This document shows positions 36,001-51,000 of a stretch of DNA of 64,000 nucleotides, piece by piece; positions within the stretch are counted from its first letter, which is position 1; each line of letters starts with the position of its first letter. Below the pieces are notes generated by a model. The model was given only the letters and a program-made list of their open reading frames with translations, made no database searches and was not told where the DNA came from. The stretch comes from Veleropilina oligotropha (taxonomy: Eukaryota), in the NCBI GenBank assembly GCA_048128005.1, contig JBEUKZ010000126.1, positions 1-64,000 on the forward strand, read 5' to 3'. The translations under genes and the position numbers were made by a program.

Positions 36001-39000
36001 TAGATGCAAAGTTTCTAAATATTTTTCTTTCCAACCAGAATCTTTTTGGAAAACAAATAGGTAGGCAAACGAAAGTCGAAAGATTGACAATAGCGCAAAT
36101 TCAAGATGGCGGCCACCAACGGCAGGTTACGACTTGCTTCAAAATAAGTAATATGATAGATAGGCCTATTCTATAAGAACTCCATGACAGGAATTCAAAT
36201 TAACTCTCTTGTAGTTCCATGATTCTCTATCAAACTAATTTAATAAGCATTATGTAACAATTATGCTGTTATTGATAAGCTATTTATTACCTGTAATATA
36301 TTTTACCTGTAATTATTAAATGTATAGGCCTAAGTATAATTTTTAGATTTCATTGGTTTGCCAAATGGCCAATAAACACTTGCATTTTATTTCTTCATGC
36401 CAAATTATAAATATTGCTGTTGTTCAGCTGTTTATTTGCTTTGAAGTCACATAAAGGCACTGTGAGAATATCATATGCCTACCTGTATTACCAAAACCTG
36501 CAATTAAAAACTATGATATCAGATACCCACTGGCCAGTTATTTTTTTGAATTTCATAACTAATATGTGTGCCATTAGAATTTCATGGATATTTGATATAA
36601 TACAATAACACAGACTTTAATAATACTTTTTAATTTCTTCCTGAAATACCTGTAAATTCTGTTACTTACCTGGTATTACCTGACTTCGGACAATATATCT
36701 TTTGGAATTTGAGGTGCATTTTGATGCAGCAACAACTTCTAAACACTTTCCATTACATTTCCTCAAGCAAAATTATAAATGTTGCAGTTGTACAGTTGTT
36801 TATTTGCATTGAATTCACAAGCAGGCACTGTGTGAATATCATATGTCTACCTGTATTACCTGCAATAAATTACTATGATACCCAGTTATTTTTTCTCATT
36901 TCATAACTAATATGTGTGCCATTAGGATTTAATGGATATTTGATAAAATACAACAACACAAGAACTAATATAATACTTTTATTGTAAATTTCTTGCTGAA
37001 ATACCTGTAAATTCTGCTACTTGCCTGTTATTACCTGGCTTTGGGCACAATATCTTTTGAAATATGAGGTACATTTTGATGCAGCAATGACATCTGCTGA
37101 ATGTGACAAAGTTTAATTAATCTATGACAGACATTTTTCAAATTGTGGTGCGGAGAAGAAGGATGACCATTTTAGTCAATATTTTGGTTATTAATGTGAA
37201 TACATAGGCTATATACGCCGATTGGTAATGTAAATGCTAAAGGGTTAAGGGATCACATAAGGGAAAATGGCCCATCGAGACATGTGGTCACTTAGTACAG
37301 GCGGATTATGTAGTCAATCTTGTTACAGAGATTTTTGAAAGTTTCCGCTTAAGACAGGTGATTCTGGTTCGACTGTATATGCAAGCGGGGGCTTTGTTGA
37401 CAAACGTCTCGAGTTTATGTATACGATATCTGCAGTCTCTGATACGTTCTCGCCCGCAGTGGAGGAGGACACATCGGTCGTCATGTGATCTTGAGTGCCA
37501 ACTCTGAAATCACTGGCATGATTGCACTAGCTAACAGGAGTGGGTTCGAATCTCGGCTGGGGCATTAGTCACATTCTTAGGTCAGTTATCAATCGTAGTT
37601 GTCTGTAACTGGCCAGAGAGGGCGGGTTTCCCCGTGCAACCAGGCTTTCTTCCCAACATAATATGGACATGTCCTGCTTTGAACGTAAATATACAGGACA
37701 ATAAGCATCGATCGATCCATCCATCCATCCGTCCGTCCATCCATCAATCCATCTTTCTGGGGGCGACCCTTATACAAGTTCGGAGATGGGTAACTTTCGA
37801 AATTAATTTTAATTTTATACCGCCTTGGAAACAATATCTGTAGTCTCAGACATGCTCTCTCTCCCGCAGGATGTGCACCGTGATGAAGCGCCAGCGGCAG
37901 AGCCTCGAGTACCTGGAACAGGTCAGACAGCACCTGTCCCGCCTGCCCTCCATCGACCCCAACACCCGCACCCTGCTCATCTGTGGCTTCCCCAATGTGG
38001 GCAAGTCCAGCTTCATCAACAAGGTGAGTACCGTCCATCGACCCCAACACCCGCACCCTGCTCATCTGTGGCTTCCCCAACGTGGGCAAGTCCAGCTTCA
38101 GTAACAATGTAATGTTTAGCTTGGATTGATACTAAATGTTCCATTTAATATATACCCTTGAAATTTATATAAGAGCATTGTGTCCAATTCCCTTGCTTGG
38201 CTGCTCTGATTTACAGAAGTGAGTTTAGTTTGAATCCTTGGCTGGACACTGTTCAATAAGCAGTCACAGTTGTCCGTAACTGGGCAGTGCGGGCGGGTTT
38301 TCGCATGCAATTGGTGCTAAAATAGGCAGGCATGAGACTTTTCCGGTTTTTACCGGAATTCCGGTTTTTTAACATCCCCAGCGATCGTTTTCCAATTCGT
38401 CTAAATCCGAGGAGAATTTTTGAGGGGGTGCATACCTGTTAAAACGATTTGCAATGTCAGAATCCTACAAAAGTCTTTGTACATGTGCATAATTAGACAA
38501 TATTTAATGCTACAATTAATTTTCTTACCATATTAATTATGGAGATATAATTTTACTGGCAATCAGATTCGGTTTGCGTTTTATTCAACGAATGTCGCTA
38601 TCAACCGCCATGTTTTCTTATCGCCGTGTATTGCGCATGCGCTCAGTCCTCCGATGTTCTCTGTATTTCAATTCGCCAAAAAAATTCCGGTGCGAGATTA
38701 TTCCGAAGTGCAAACGAATACTAGTATATAAATCTCGTAGTTCTCGTGGTTGTAGCCATAAAATTTCTCGGTGCGTGATTGTCACTTCCTGTAATTGCTT
38801 TTCTAACCACTGACAGAGCAAGCGATGGAGGATTGTATATCCACGTTCATCTTCTTTAGTTTTACTCATCCAGACGCAAAATTGTGTTTATATATATAGT
38901 TAACATTTAATATGTTGTAGGTAGCACCTAGATACGAACGCAGAATAGGGATTATACACAAATAAAAATTATGAAATCCGTACCCTGTCTTCTTAACGTC

Positions 39001-42000
39001 TAGTGTAATTAGCTGACACACATTCCGCGACGTCACTCATTGTTGCTTAGCTACGCATTTTCTCTGACGTCGCAATTATCAAAACATCAGAAGAAGATAT
39101 ACAACTATATATGCAAAGACGATAGCAATGGGTTTATATCAATTTGTCGCGTTATTAATGTTATTGTACTTGGATAATTTGAAGTTTAAAATTGGATAAT
39201 TTGAAGTTTAAAATCGGCCGTTGTCGTAAAAATACCGAATTTCCTTGGAAACATGGCTGACTGGAGTTTGCGCAGTGGTCAATTCGTGACCATCCGGTTC
39301 AAGTTGCAAGGATATGCACAGGTATGTGTTGATATTGTGGTCATGTCCCTAATCTATAGGACGATCTTCGTTCGCGCTTCGCGCGAACTGCGTTCGTTAT
39401 TACTTTCGTTAATGGTCTTCAATAATTAAGTTCATGGACGTTATTTTAATTTTTTAATTTTTTATTAATTTTTTAATTTTAACAATTTTTTTGAAAAATA
39501 TGAATGTCATCTTCATGATATGTTGGTATTTGGGAAGCCCTGATAATGATCAAAAATGGGCTGGAATGCAGCTGAGAGCGTCTAGGGTCTCTGAGCTTCC
39601 AGGGGCCGCAGGCCCCTGGACCCCGGCTTATATTAGTCCAGTTCAGGTTTTTTCATAATTTCCCAGTCTCATGCCTGAATAGGACAATATTAAAACATTG
39701 ATCTAATGCAAATCAATGAAGCAAGGTAAGAGACATAGTAAGCTTCGTCATGATGTATCCAGTCTCTCTCCATGAAGTCCAACACTGTCCTCTGAACCGT
39801 CCATACATGGGAAAATCCTGTTTAATCAACACTACGAAATGGTACGAACACATCACTGTTGTTCTAAGTGTCAGTACACTAAAAATCGAAGAAAAAACAA
39901 ATATTATTTGACAAATAAATTTCAAGTATGCTGTATTGGGAATTTATATTTATTGCTGATAGATAGCTTTAATATATTTTTTGCTTCAAGTTACTCCATT
40001 ATATATATATTACATCAAGTCACTCTATTAAATAGTTTCTTGCTTCAAGTTACCACATTAAATATATATTACATCAAGTCACTCCATTAAATATATTCTT
40101 GCTTCAAGTTACCACATTAAATATATATTACATCAAGTCACTCCATTATATATATTTTACATAAAAATGAAAATATCAAATCAAGTCGTTTTGAATATTC
40201 TAGATGAATGTGTATAAATGCTGTTTCTAGATCACCAGAGCCGATGTTGAGGTGCAACCATATGCATTCACCACCAAGTCGCTGTTCGTGGGACACATGG
40301 ACTACAGATATCTTCGCTGGCAGGTTAGTGGTTACATACCACGAATCTAGATTCACTAAGAAATAATTATTAATGGTTTAATGTATATCAATATATGCTG
40401 TTAATATCTTTTAACCACTTATCATATTAACATCCACAAATGATTCAAATTTGTTGGAATCGATGTGGAATATGTTAGTTTAGCTGCCATATTTTAACAA
40501 AATCACACCTCCATGACGGATGCTATGTGAAATGGAGGCGACATATGTTGCAACTCGGGTCTCTGTTACCCCTCGTGTCCAAAATGAATAGTTATGTGTC
40601 ACATTCACATGGGTTGACTTTTTCTGACACAAATGATTATTAGTTAAAAGTCAAATTCTCAGTTTCAATGGTAAAGCTGTACTCTTAATGATGGTTGTCC
40701 ATGGCTTTGAAATTCAAATACTCCCTTTTGAAAATATTCTTTACTACATGCCTAAAATGTATAATCCGATGAGATCAAAGATAATATAGATACGCTTTGT
40801 GCAGGTCTGCTGAATAGCAAGGTAATTAGATTGTTATACAGTCATGTTTGTTAATTAATCATCTTTTGATTTAAGTTGATTTTTTCCTCTTGTTTGAAAT
40901 GTTGCAGCATCATTGATGTTCATGTTATAGATAATACACTAGCTGTCAGCCAGAGCGATATATACACATAAACAAGCCGAGCGAGAGCGAGTCTGTTATG
41001 TTTATGTCGCCGAGTGGTGGCAGCTGTATTATCTGTTATACACACCATGGATATCTATTGTAAAGTGTAAGCTGCCTCCCCTTAAGGGGAGATCCGGGTC
41101 AAAATTCGCAAAATTGCGTTATTTTGTCCCAAATAATGTTTTGTGTTTGTCGTATTGTTTACATATTCAACTTGCAATGTACGTACCCGTTTTCATGAAA
41201 TTTGTATTATAAATGACAATAAAGATGATATTTGTATACCTAGTTATTGCTCAATTATCCCATTTTCTTTGAAATAGTCAAAAAATCTGTCGATAATAGT
41301 TGCTTTTATCGTCCGCAAAGAGAAAATTTTCCGCTTGCATTCCTTGCAAGTGAGCGGCCATTTTGAAGTAAATTCACTGCTCTTTCTGATAGCAGTAACC
41401 ATATTTGGCTATCATGACTATATATGGAGCTATTGACCTCGCAATTGACCCTCATTTGTATGCATTTCATCATTGATTGGTCGAGTGACGTAATTATTTC
41501 CCGTGTTGCATCATTCGGCTTTCCGAGTGATCGTTCGGGATTCCGATTGTGGCTCGGTTTTCCGAAGTGCAATTCGGGGTTCCCGAATGATGCAACACGG
41601 AAATAATCGACCTCCTGGTACATGTGCACTATTGCACTATGGCGGTTTCATAGGAATCTTTAAGAGATAGAATGGATGCCAAATTTCGTACTAAATATCC
41701 TAATGGATACGGCAAACTACTACGAAGGTTGCAATTAGCCAATGCGAGGAAAAGGCGATATTTTTGAGACTTTGAAGTCTGCAACTATATTAGATAGACT
41801 CAAACGGAGTTGTGTGCCTTGAATTCGCCTACTACGTATATTACTACAAGCGGTAGTAACGATATAGCAACGCGGACGGAACTTTGTTGTCTTGTAATAA
41901 AATCCAACAAAAAATCATGGAACGTGTCAGAAATGGTATCCAGGTCAGATTTAAAACTATCAAATGCAAAATCAATTTCTGAAAAGTCTGCAAATCATAT

Positions 42001-45000
42001 CATGGGAACAAGTAATTTGTCACAGTGGTGTTTATTAGACCTAGGTCAAGTCAATAATGCTATGCAAAAAATCGAATGTCCCGACTGTCAACAATTTGGT
42101 TTATACTTTGAAAAAATGATGGATGATAGATGTGGATTTTCAGAAAAATTAAAATTGACTTGCCATATTTGTAAACAAGAATTTGAAAAAACATATTCAT
42201 CGCCGAAAACAAATGAGAAGAAAAGCCACAAAGTAAATGATTTATTTATGTTATTTTTAACTGAGTTACGGCATTTAATGAGGGGGCACGAGGGTTGTCA
42301 CAAGTTATGGCAAAGATGGACATAGAAGCAAATGAAATAACTAATTCATTATTAGAACACCAGGATAATATTAGAATACAAAAGGCCAGAGCTAAGGGAC
42401 AGATTTCAAATAAGATGAAATGCAGTCGTAAATGGGAGGAAGGAAAGCGGAAAAGGGTACATCTTGAGGCGACCGAAGGCGTGACATATGGTGCCGGGCA
42501 ATTTTAAAGATTTTATTCTACCACTTACTATTGTATACATGTTGTTGGACAATTTTTAAACTTTCAATAACTTTGTCATGATAAATAAAGGAACACTGCA
42601 AATGGCAGAATGCTATAACAAGTAATAAGTAATAACACTTTAACAGTAATTTTTTATTCAGTATTTTATTAGTAAATGTTCATAAATGATATATTTCAAC
42701 ATAATATACATCACAATGTCAACAAAACATGGTCTGTTTATTGTGAAAAGGATCAGATATAATATAAATTTATTATAATTTGCTTTTTGTAGCAAATATA
42801 AAGCTTAAAGTGATATTTTTCAATGAATCATTTTCAATCGTTTTCTCAAATTTCGTGTTTTCCCCCCAGAAAATGTCATATAATAAAAAATATCTGTCAG
42901 ATAGTCATAATATTTGGCACAGATACTCGCCTAAGTATAATCTACGCTATGTCAGAGCCAAATTTGGAAAAGTTAAATACTTGGCAATATTTTTCAATTT
43001 TAATGATGATATTTGATCAAAATTCAACTGAATTATAGCCAATATGACGGAGATCCATAAAAAAATAACTAATTGATATAGCTTAAAATGGCTCTGACAT
43101 AGCATAGATATATCCAAATCAAGTGTAAAGAAAGAAACTGTGCTAAAAAATATTAATTCAATCAAAAGTTACAGTATTTTTTAATTTATCAGACATTTTG
43201 ACTTTTGGCGGGAAAATACCTGGTTACCATGGCAACCAACTGCTTATTGATAATTAAATTGGCCGTGAAAAATTCACTTTAAGGAACTTAAACATTCACT
43301 ATAAAAAAATAGAGCAAAAAGGCAGACGTAAATATTTTCACTATATGAAGGTAGGATCTCCCCTTAAAACATTCAATTGCCCAACATAGCACGCCCATGA
43401 GGTGATATAAGAAATCGACTCTTCCATTGGCAAGTTGTCAAATCTTTTGTCACGCAATTTAGTCTGTTCAGCGAGTCGAGTTAACCATTATCTGGGGAAT
43501 TAACACTAGGAGGCATGTTGTTCCCCCATGGTGTGTATTTGTAAGAAATCGGTATAAATTGTATTTTCAGTATCCTGCATTAAATAATGATTGTATTAAT
43601 ATACATCTGTCCATTCCTAGGTTGTTGACACCCCTGGGATTCTTGATCATTCGCTGGAGGAGAGAAACACGATTGAAATGCAGGCCATCACTGCACTGGC
43701 CCATCTCCGGGCGGCCATCTTGTATATCATGGATGTGACGGAGCAATGTGGCCACTCCCTGAAGCAACAGGTGAGGACAGGACCTAATTGAACTAGAATT
43801 TAGTTTGACTCATTTCTGTAATATGAAGCATCTGACATATCACCATTAAAATGAGATGTAAAATAATATCGAGCAAAAGCTGGAGGCGGGATATCGCCAA
43901 GGGGTGTCAGTGTATTATCTGTCATACACACCATGAAAATATATAATTGTAAATTGCAATCTGTAACCCATGAAAACATGAAATTGCCTATTATATCAGG
44001 CTCATGAGTATATTATGAGAGTGGACTCTTCCATTGAAGTGATGCTGGCATCTTGTCAAATCCTTTTGTCCCTTGGCAGTGACTCGACGTAATCCATTGT
44101 TTCAGGCCTTGCGAACTAAGGGGTGCGATCACTCCGGCGCGCCATCGCTCGCCTCAGATGAATTTTAGTGGAACTATTATCGCGCGCCATGTGATCTTCA
44201 GGAGATCGACAAATATAAATTATAAGTGAACTCAAATTTCACACTTATCTTAAGTGTTTTCATAAATTACGTCTATTTCTGTTTAATCAAAATAATGTTG
44301 TAATGTGTAGGCTATCAAGTATCGCCCGTTCCACTTTCTGACCGTTGCGATGACAACAGCTGCTTATTACTGCGCATTGTTTTAGAGCAGCGCCACTAGA
44401 CGCTCTTCCTCCCAACAGCAGCCGCGCTTGACATGTAAAGTGTTACCGCGTGCTCTCGTTTAATTGTACTCTCATTAGTGTGCGTAATGTCGAAAGAGGC
44501 CCAAGGTAACTTTGTTCAACGCAGTACTTTCTGTCGATGGAATGTTAGCGAAATATTATTTATTTTCCCGCTCGTACCCGGAGTTATCCCCCCTGCTCTC
44601 AAATAGAAAAGAGCAAGTTTTCTTTAACAATGTCGAATAGCGAAATCACGTTTCTGCGAAGGAGAGTTGGACGGCAAATGAAAGGACCAGGGAATTCCGC
44701 ATCTATTTATAGATTAGCGCAACTCATGAATACATTGATTGGTTTCAAATTTTGTAATGTTGTTTACAACAATAATGATAATCATGCTAATAAAGTATCA
44801 ACATCATGCGACCAAACATTGTGACATTTGTCATAGTATCATAATTTATTTTTTTATACTTTTAAATTGGTATACATAATACAATAATGAATTGATACAT
44901 GAACTATCATATTCACTTAGTAACAGAGATACAGAAATTGGTCAGTTATTTCCCAAACTGGATAATTCTTTTCATAATATTCACACCTATATTACTGTGG

Positions 45001-48000
45001 TTAAGCTGGTTAAGACACTGCTACGATTTATGATTGATAAAATTAAATCCAGCATTCTGACATAACACAGTTCACGTTTGCTATCACTCTCCTAAAACAA
45101 ATTGAGGAGAGTGATTGTCACTCTCCTGCATTTTACAAACCGCAAGGCCTGTTGTTTGGGTTTTCAAATGAAACAAAGGGGTAACTGACGCTATGAGTGT
45201 TATTGTTCAAATATAAGCTCAGGATGTGTACTTAGAGATAAAGTATACCAAGGTAAAAAATAGAAATGATATGAATACTGTTTTCGGTATAGTGATTTTG
45301 AGCAGATGTGTTCACCACTTACAACAATTGTTTTATTGCACAAAGTTGAACTCATTATCCCCGCATTAACGAAGTTGTTGGGGGATATAGAAATGAGTTC
45401 CATCCGTGAGTCCGTATGTGAGATTTTCAATGTATTTTGTAACAGATTTTTATTTTTTATTTTCAATGGGATAGAAAAAGGTATAGTCTGGTATGTTGTC
45501 TCAAGTTTGTCAGTCGTGATGTTATATATTGTAGGTGGAACTGTTTAATGATATCAAGCCGTTATTTGCCAACAAGCCACTTATTGTCTGTGTAAACAAA
45601 GTCGATGTGCTGACCATTGAAGATTTATCGGCAGAGGAACAGGTAGATCGCTGGTGTGAATGCATCGTGGCTGTTGCAACCAACAGTCCGCAACAACATA
45701 CTATACGCATTTGTTGTAATGATTACAATCATTATTAACCAATAACAAGTGTTCTTTTCTCGTGACGTAGGAAAACCCAAAATATCTATGGACTGGTGTC
45801 GATGATAACTCAGAGCTGTATTAAATGCGTCAAATATATACTGTAAAACCCTATGTTTTGGCGGCCTTAATATTTAGCTAATTTCAAAAATGAAACTAAA
45901 ATGCCTTAAAATTTAGCAAATTTGTATGCAGTCCAACCCAAAATACATGACCATTTAATTTCGCGAATATTTTGCGAACACTAAACTCGCGTAATTTCAA
46001 GGATCGCTAACAAATAGGGTTTTACAGTATTCCATTTTGAACAACCTTCATGTTAATTCGATATTGTCGTAGGAGCCTGGTCGCCTGGAAAACCTTGCCC
46101 TCACCAGCCACGTGAGACGGTTAACTGAACAAAGGGTTCCCCCTGAACATGCGAACCCACTACTATTACACAGAGCAGTCGAGCAAGTAAATTCATTGTC
46201 CGCATTCCTAACCACTCGGCTACTGGTGCGGCCTTCCTCCAAAACAGCAATGGCGGTTAGAACATGTTGTCTGGTTTAGCTGCAATCTCAGTTACCGTCT
46301 TCTCTTCCATGCACAAGTTCACCAGAAATAGACTTAAATACGCTGAACATTCTGCATGGCAGTTCCTTGCTGTTGATCTGCTGACCAGTGTTGTATTAAA
46401 AATATGTATTCGACTTTTTAGGAATTATTTTCTGAATTTAAAGCCGATGGAATTCCGGTCATGTCAATGAGCACACTAACAGAGGAAGGCCTATTCGAAG
46501 TGAAGCAGGAGGTGAGTAGTGCAATACGTCATGAACTAATTAACAGATTTCGCTTATATTTGGTGGGTTGATGCCTTTCATATTCGGTTGTTGGAAAGTA
46601 CTTATGTTTATGTTACATCACCATTCTCCGTGAAGAAAATGTTTAAATAACTAGATGCTCAGTCACGAGTGACCGCATATGTATCCCCCGGTAATGACCT
46701 GTCTAGAGCGATCACAAGGAATTATGCTTATAAATCCAAGATGGAGGTCACAGCGGCCATCTTGGAGGCCAAACCAATGCACATACCAAATTAAAAAAAT
46801 TCCGTTAAGAAATGACCTATCTAGAGCAATCACGAGGAATCTATCGATGGCGGCCATCCTGGAGGTCGCAACACACCCGAGATCTGCAACTGTCGTGTCC
46901 TAACCCAAACCAATGCACTTACCGAATTTGAAAACATTACATTAAGAAATGGCCTGTCTAGAGAGATCACAAGCAATTATGGTGGTCGTGGCGACCATCT
47001 TGGAGGTCGGACCACACCCAAAATATATGTCGTTTTGTGCATACTCTTAATGATACTTTTTTCCTTAAAATTTTACTAATATATATATATATATGGCCAC
47101 TCTGAGTCGAATGCCGCAAATTTCAGGTCTGTACACCACGTCGGTGTCGAGTTCTGGCCTTTTTAAGAAAAATGTGGCGACCATTTTGTTCGTTTTTTCG
47201 ACTTTTTTTATTTTCCTAATGTAAAATATCTAAGTTCTAGCATCAATATTAACCGAGTTGGCCATTTCCTGGCCATTTTCTGGCAAACATGTCTTTTTCC
47301 TTAATTAGGTCATTTCCTGCAATGTAGGTCAACTGAGGTCAAAGACCAAGGTCACATGTGAAAGATCAACCAAGACTTCCCATAGTAACTATGTGTCCAC
47401 GGTGCATCCTTTTTGATATATTATCACTTGAAACGATATATTGCCACTTGAAACAAATGCTTTAATGGCCGCCGAGGCACTTCCTGCTTTTCAATGTTAT
47501 CTGGCATAATTGGTAAATGTCGACTACATACGTCAATAAGAGTTCACTTTCTTTATCCACTATCGGCACACATATTCATTTTTCCTTAATTAGGTCATTT
47601 AGAGCAATGTAGGTCATCTGAGGTCAAAGGTCATGGTGGCATTTGAAACCATGACTTCCCATAGGCTCCCCATAGTGACCATGTGTGTAGTACGTTGCAT
47701 CATTTTCAAGATATAGCCATTTTAAAGACCCTTAAAATTAAAATCCAAAATGGCCGCCGGCTAAATTAAAAAAAAAAAATCCACTTCCATGACATTTTAG
47801 ACAATTACCTCTGGTATCTGAATATATAAATCATGTCCCGCTAGGTTAAATATTAACAAATTTATAAAAGAAAATAGTTTTCTAATATACCCAAAATATA
47901 TAGGTGTCGTGTCCTCGCCCCACCATTGCACATACCAAATTTGAAAACATTCCGTTAAGAAATGGCCTGTCTAGAGCGATCACAAAGAATTATGCTTAAA

Positions 48001-51000
48001 ATCCAAGATGGTGGCCGTGGCGGCCATCTTGGAGGTCGGACCACACCCAAATTCTATAGGTGTCGTGTCCTCGCCCAACCAATGCACATGCCAAATTTGA
48101 AAACATTCCGTTAAGAAATGGCTTGTCTAGTGCGATCACGAGAAATCTCTCGGCGGGTGCGGCGGCAGCGTAACAAATGCTAAACCATAGTATCGCCCGA
48201 TACTTTCGTTTCGGGGATACAATTAAAGGATGAAAGTATAATTATACCATACACTGTTCCTCTTGCAGGCCTGTGATCGATTGCTGGCTCATCGCGTTGA
48301 AACCAAACTCAAAAGTAGAAAGGTGTCTGATGTTATGAATCGACTCAAAGTCACAGAACCAAAAAAGCGTGATGACAAAGTAAGGCAGCCTCATTAGCCC
48401 GTAGCAATAGCGCTCCTGTTAGAAGCCAACTCGTTTGGTTTGGATCAATATTTATTGTCCCATTTTATCACTGTTCATTGTCTTATCAGGATATCTCCAT
48501 ATGATCGTGGAAGGAAAGCCTGGCCACGCGGAATGCCATCCACGCTTGCCAGTTATGGACAACTGTGACTGTTAACTGATCAAAGTATGTCCTCTGAGGA
48601 TTCGAATCCACTACTGTTAACCAGAGCGGTCGAGCGATTGAATTGTGAGTCACCCTCTCATACACTTCACTGCTGAACAGCCCCGATGGCGATTCTATTG
48701 TATAATCAATATATTTGTGACCATTTCCCGATAATATAAGTAACCGTTTTGCATTGAAGGTAGACTGATGGATTGATCCTTACTGTCCTGTATATTTACA
48801 ACCATCAGGTTCAAGGCAGGACATGTCCATAATATCACGTGAGGAAAGCCCGGTTGACCGGGGAAACCCTCCCTCTCCGGCCAGTTATGGACAACCGAGA
48901 TTGATCACTGAACAAAGAATGTCAATACTCCAGCCGAGATTGGAACCCACTCCTGTTAGCTAGCGCAATCCAGCCAGTGATGGCCGAGTCCACACTCGAT
49001 ACCACATGGCTACCTGGGCGGCCGCATATAGGGTAGCCACCTCAGAATCATCGAGCATCTCAGCTATCTCATTGTTTGGCAGGAAAGGCCTCCCTGTATC
49101 CCGCCCGGCGTACTAAGGAAGCGGCAAGCCATGAGTACGGACGTCGTCAAGAAAAGGAAACTGGTGAGGCTTAGATGATTGTACATACACGTTGCTATAA
49201 ACTTTTTCATATCCAGTTTTGAAATATCTTTTGTTAAAGTATTGAGCAATTCAGACAATATTTATTATACAAACTAGAGTGCTTTGCCGCCATCAGACCT
49301 TGCACCCCCATGCCAAGTGGTATGGCCCACTATTTTTAGCCCGTCGGTTCCTTGCGGCAGCGAGGGAGACAGCGTGGGCATAGAGGGAAAGCGGGAGGGA
49401 TTTGAGTTTTAAGTATTAAATGATAAATTAGATCAAATGATCATAGTTTACTAATTATTACAATTTATTTTAAATATAAAAAAGCACTATTATAATAGTA
49501 TATTGAAAACATTACAACACAGTTGCATAAGGTGGGCACAGTTAATTGAGAACAGATTTTGATCATGGATGGACAGTCAGCCGACCATTCGTTCAGAGGC
49601 ATATCTGGAGGTGGTGCCCACCTAACAATCTGTTAAAATTGATTGTGACAATAGACACTCTGTCTTATAGGAATATTAACGATGGAGGCAATGTAATTGC
49701 ACATATTTAATTTGTATTATCAGACTTTTTCATACTATCTTTTAATCCTGTTTTAGGAACGCGATATTGCTGAGGAACAAGGTCGTGATTACATCCTGGA
49801 TCTACGGAGTAAGTCTCCGTGACGTAGAGTGGACAAAGTGGAGAATTTTAAAACAGAGAAAAGTTGAATATAATAGGATCCCATTAATTCTTAGTTGAAA
49901 ATTGCCAACAGACTGATCCCGTTTATAAGTGATACACCAGAAAAACTTTGAAATATGGCTTGTAGAATAAATCTCAATGATTGATGAATGATATTTGCCG
50001 TTCGCTATAATTTAGTCAGGAATCTGGTCTATTGGTTTTGAATGGCAAATGATTTGACGTTGTATGCAATTGAGACGATGGTTTTGGAAAAATTCTCTTT
50101 GAATTTGAATGCCTTAGCCACACCACCAGTGAGCCCTAATTTTAAAGCTGTGCCAATTATTTATGTACCTAAATGGTGAAATTCAGGTAGCAATCAAGAT
50201 TTAAAAGGAAAGATGAAATAAGCAATTGCTGTATGTGCATTATAAATTTAACCATATGTGCGTCATGTGATCACATGTACTTTTGTTTTTCAGAGACTTG
50301 GGATGTTCCTGATGATGAAAAATATGACGTTATTCCCGAAACCTGTCTCGGTCACAATGTGTCAGACTTCATCGACCCTGACATCATGAAGGTACGAGTT
50401 ATTGAAGCAGATTATTCTGACTATAGGATAATAATAATAATAATAATAATACTCAGGTCTTATATAGCGCATTATTACGCTAGTGTCTGAATGCGCTGAA
50501 CATTATTACCCCTGGTTATGGGCTAGTTCCACTCGATATGCCATCTCAACTCCCTCTGGGAGCATTACAGTCACTTACATGCGGGTAGCGCCGTGACTTA
50601 CATAACTGCCAACCAGGTACCCATTCATCAGATCGGTTTGGTGGACCGAGGCAAACATATGCTTATTTCCTTGCCCAAGTGAAATCTCCGAGCTTTGGGG
50701 GCGAACTCGAGACTGTGACCAGAGTCCTGTGAACAACCCACTGAGCAAAGACGATGAAATGAATTAAACATATTCTTATGGCATTGCTTTCATTAGACAC
50801 AGTGACCTTAATAATAATAAACTTTATTTAATCTTGATGGCCTCGATAGGTGCATGTGCCTCTTTTCATGAGGGTCAAGTGCTATAAAAACTTTTCTAAT
50901 CGAGTAATAATAATAATAACACTAATTTTACAACAAACCTAAAAACATAAATACCAGTCATCTATAACCGGCTATTGTCACATGGTCAACCCTGTGTTCG

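Noticed and set aside
37589..38107. 172-aa minus-strand ORF
   Set aside because: Antisense shadow of GC-rich GTPBP4 exon 5 and its duplicate, extended through SINE and microsatellite sequence.
48930..49025. tRNA-like sequences with A/B boxes (also near 19720, 33740, 37530, 59603)
   Set aside because: Degenerate, and most continue into a shared non-tRNA body, so they are SINE heads rather than functional tRNA genes.
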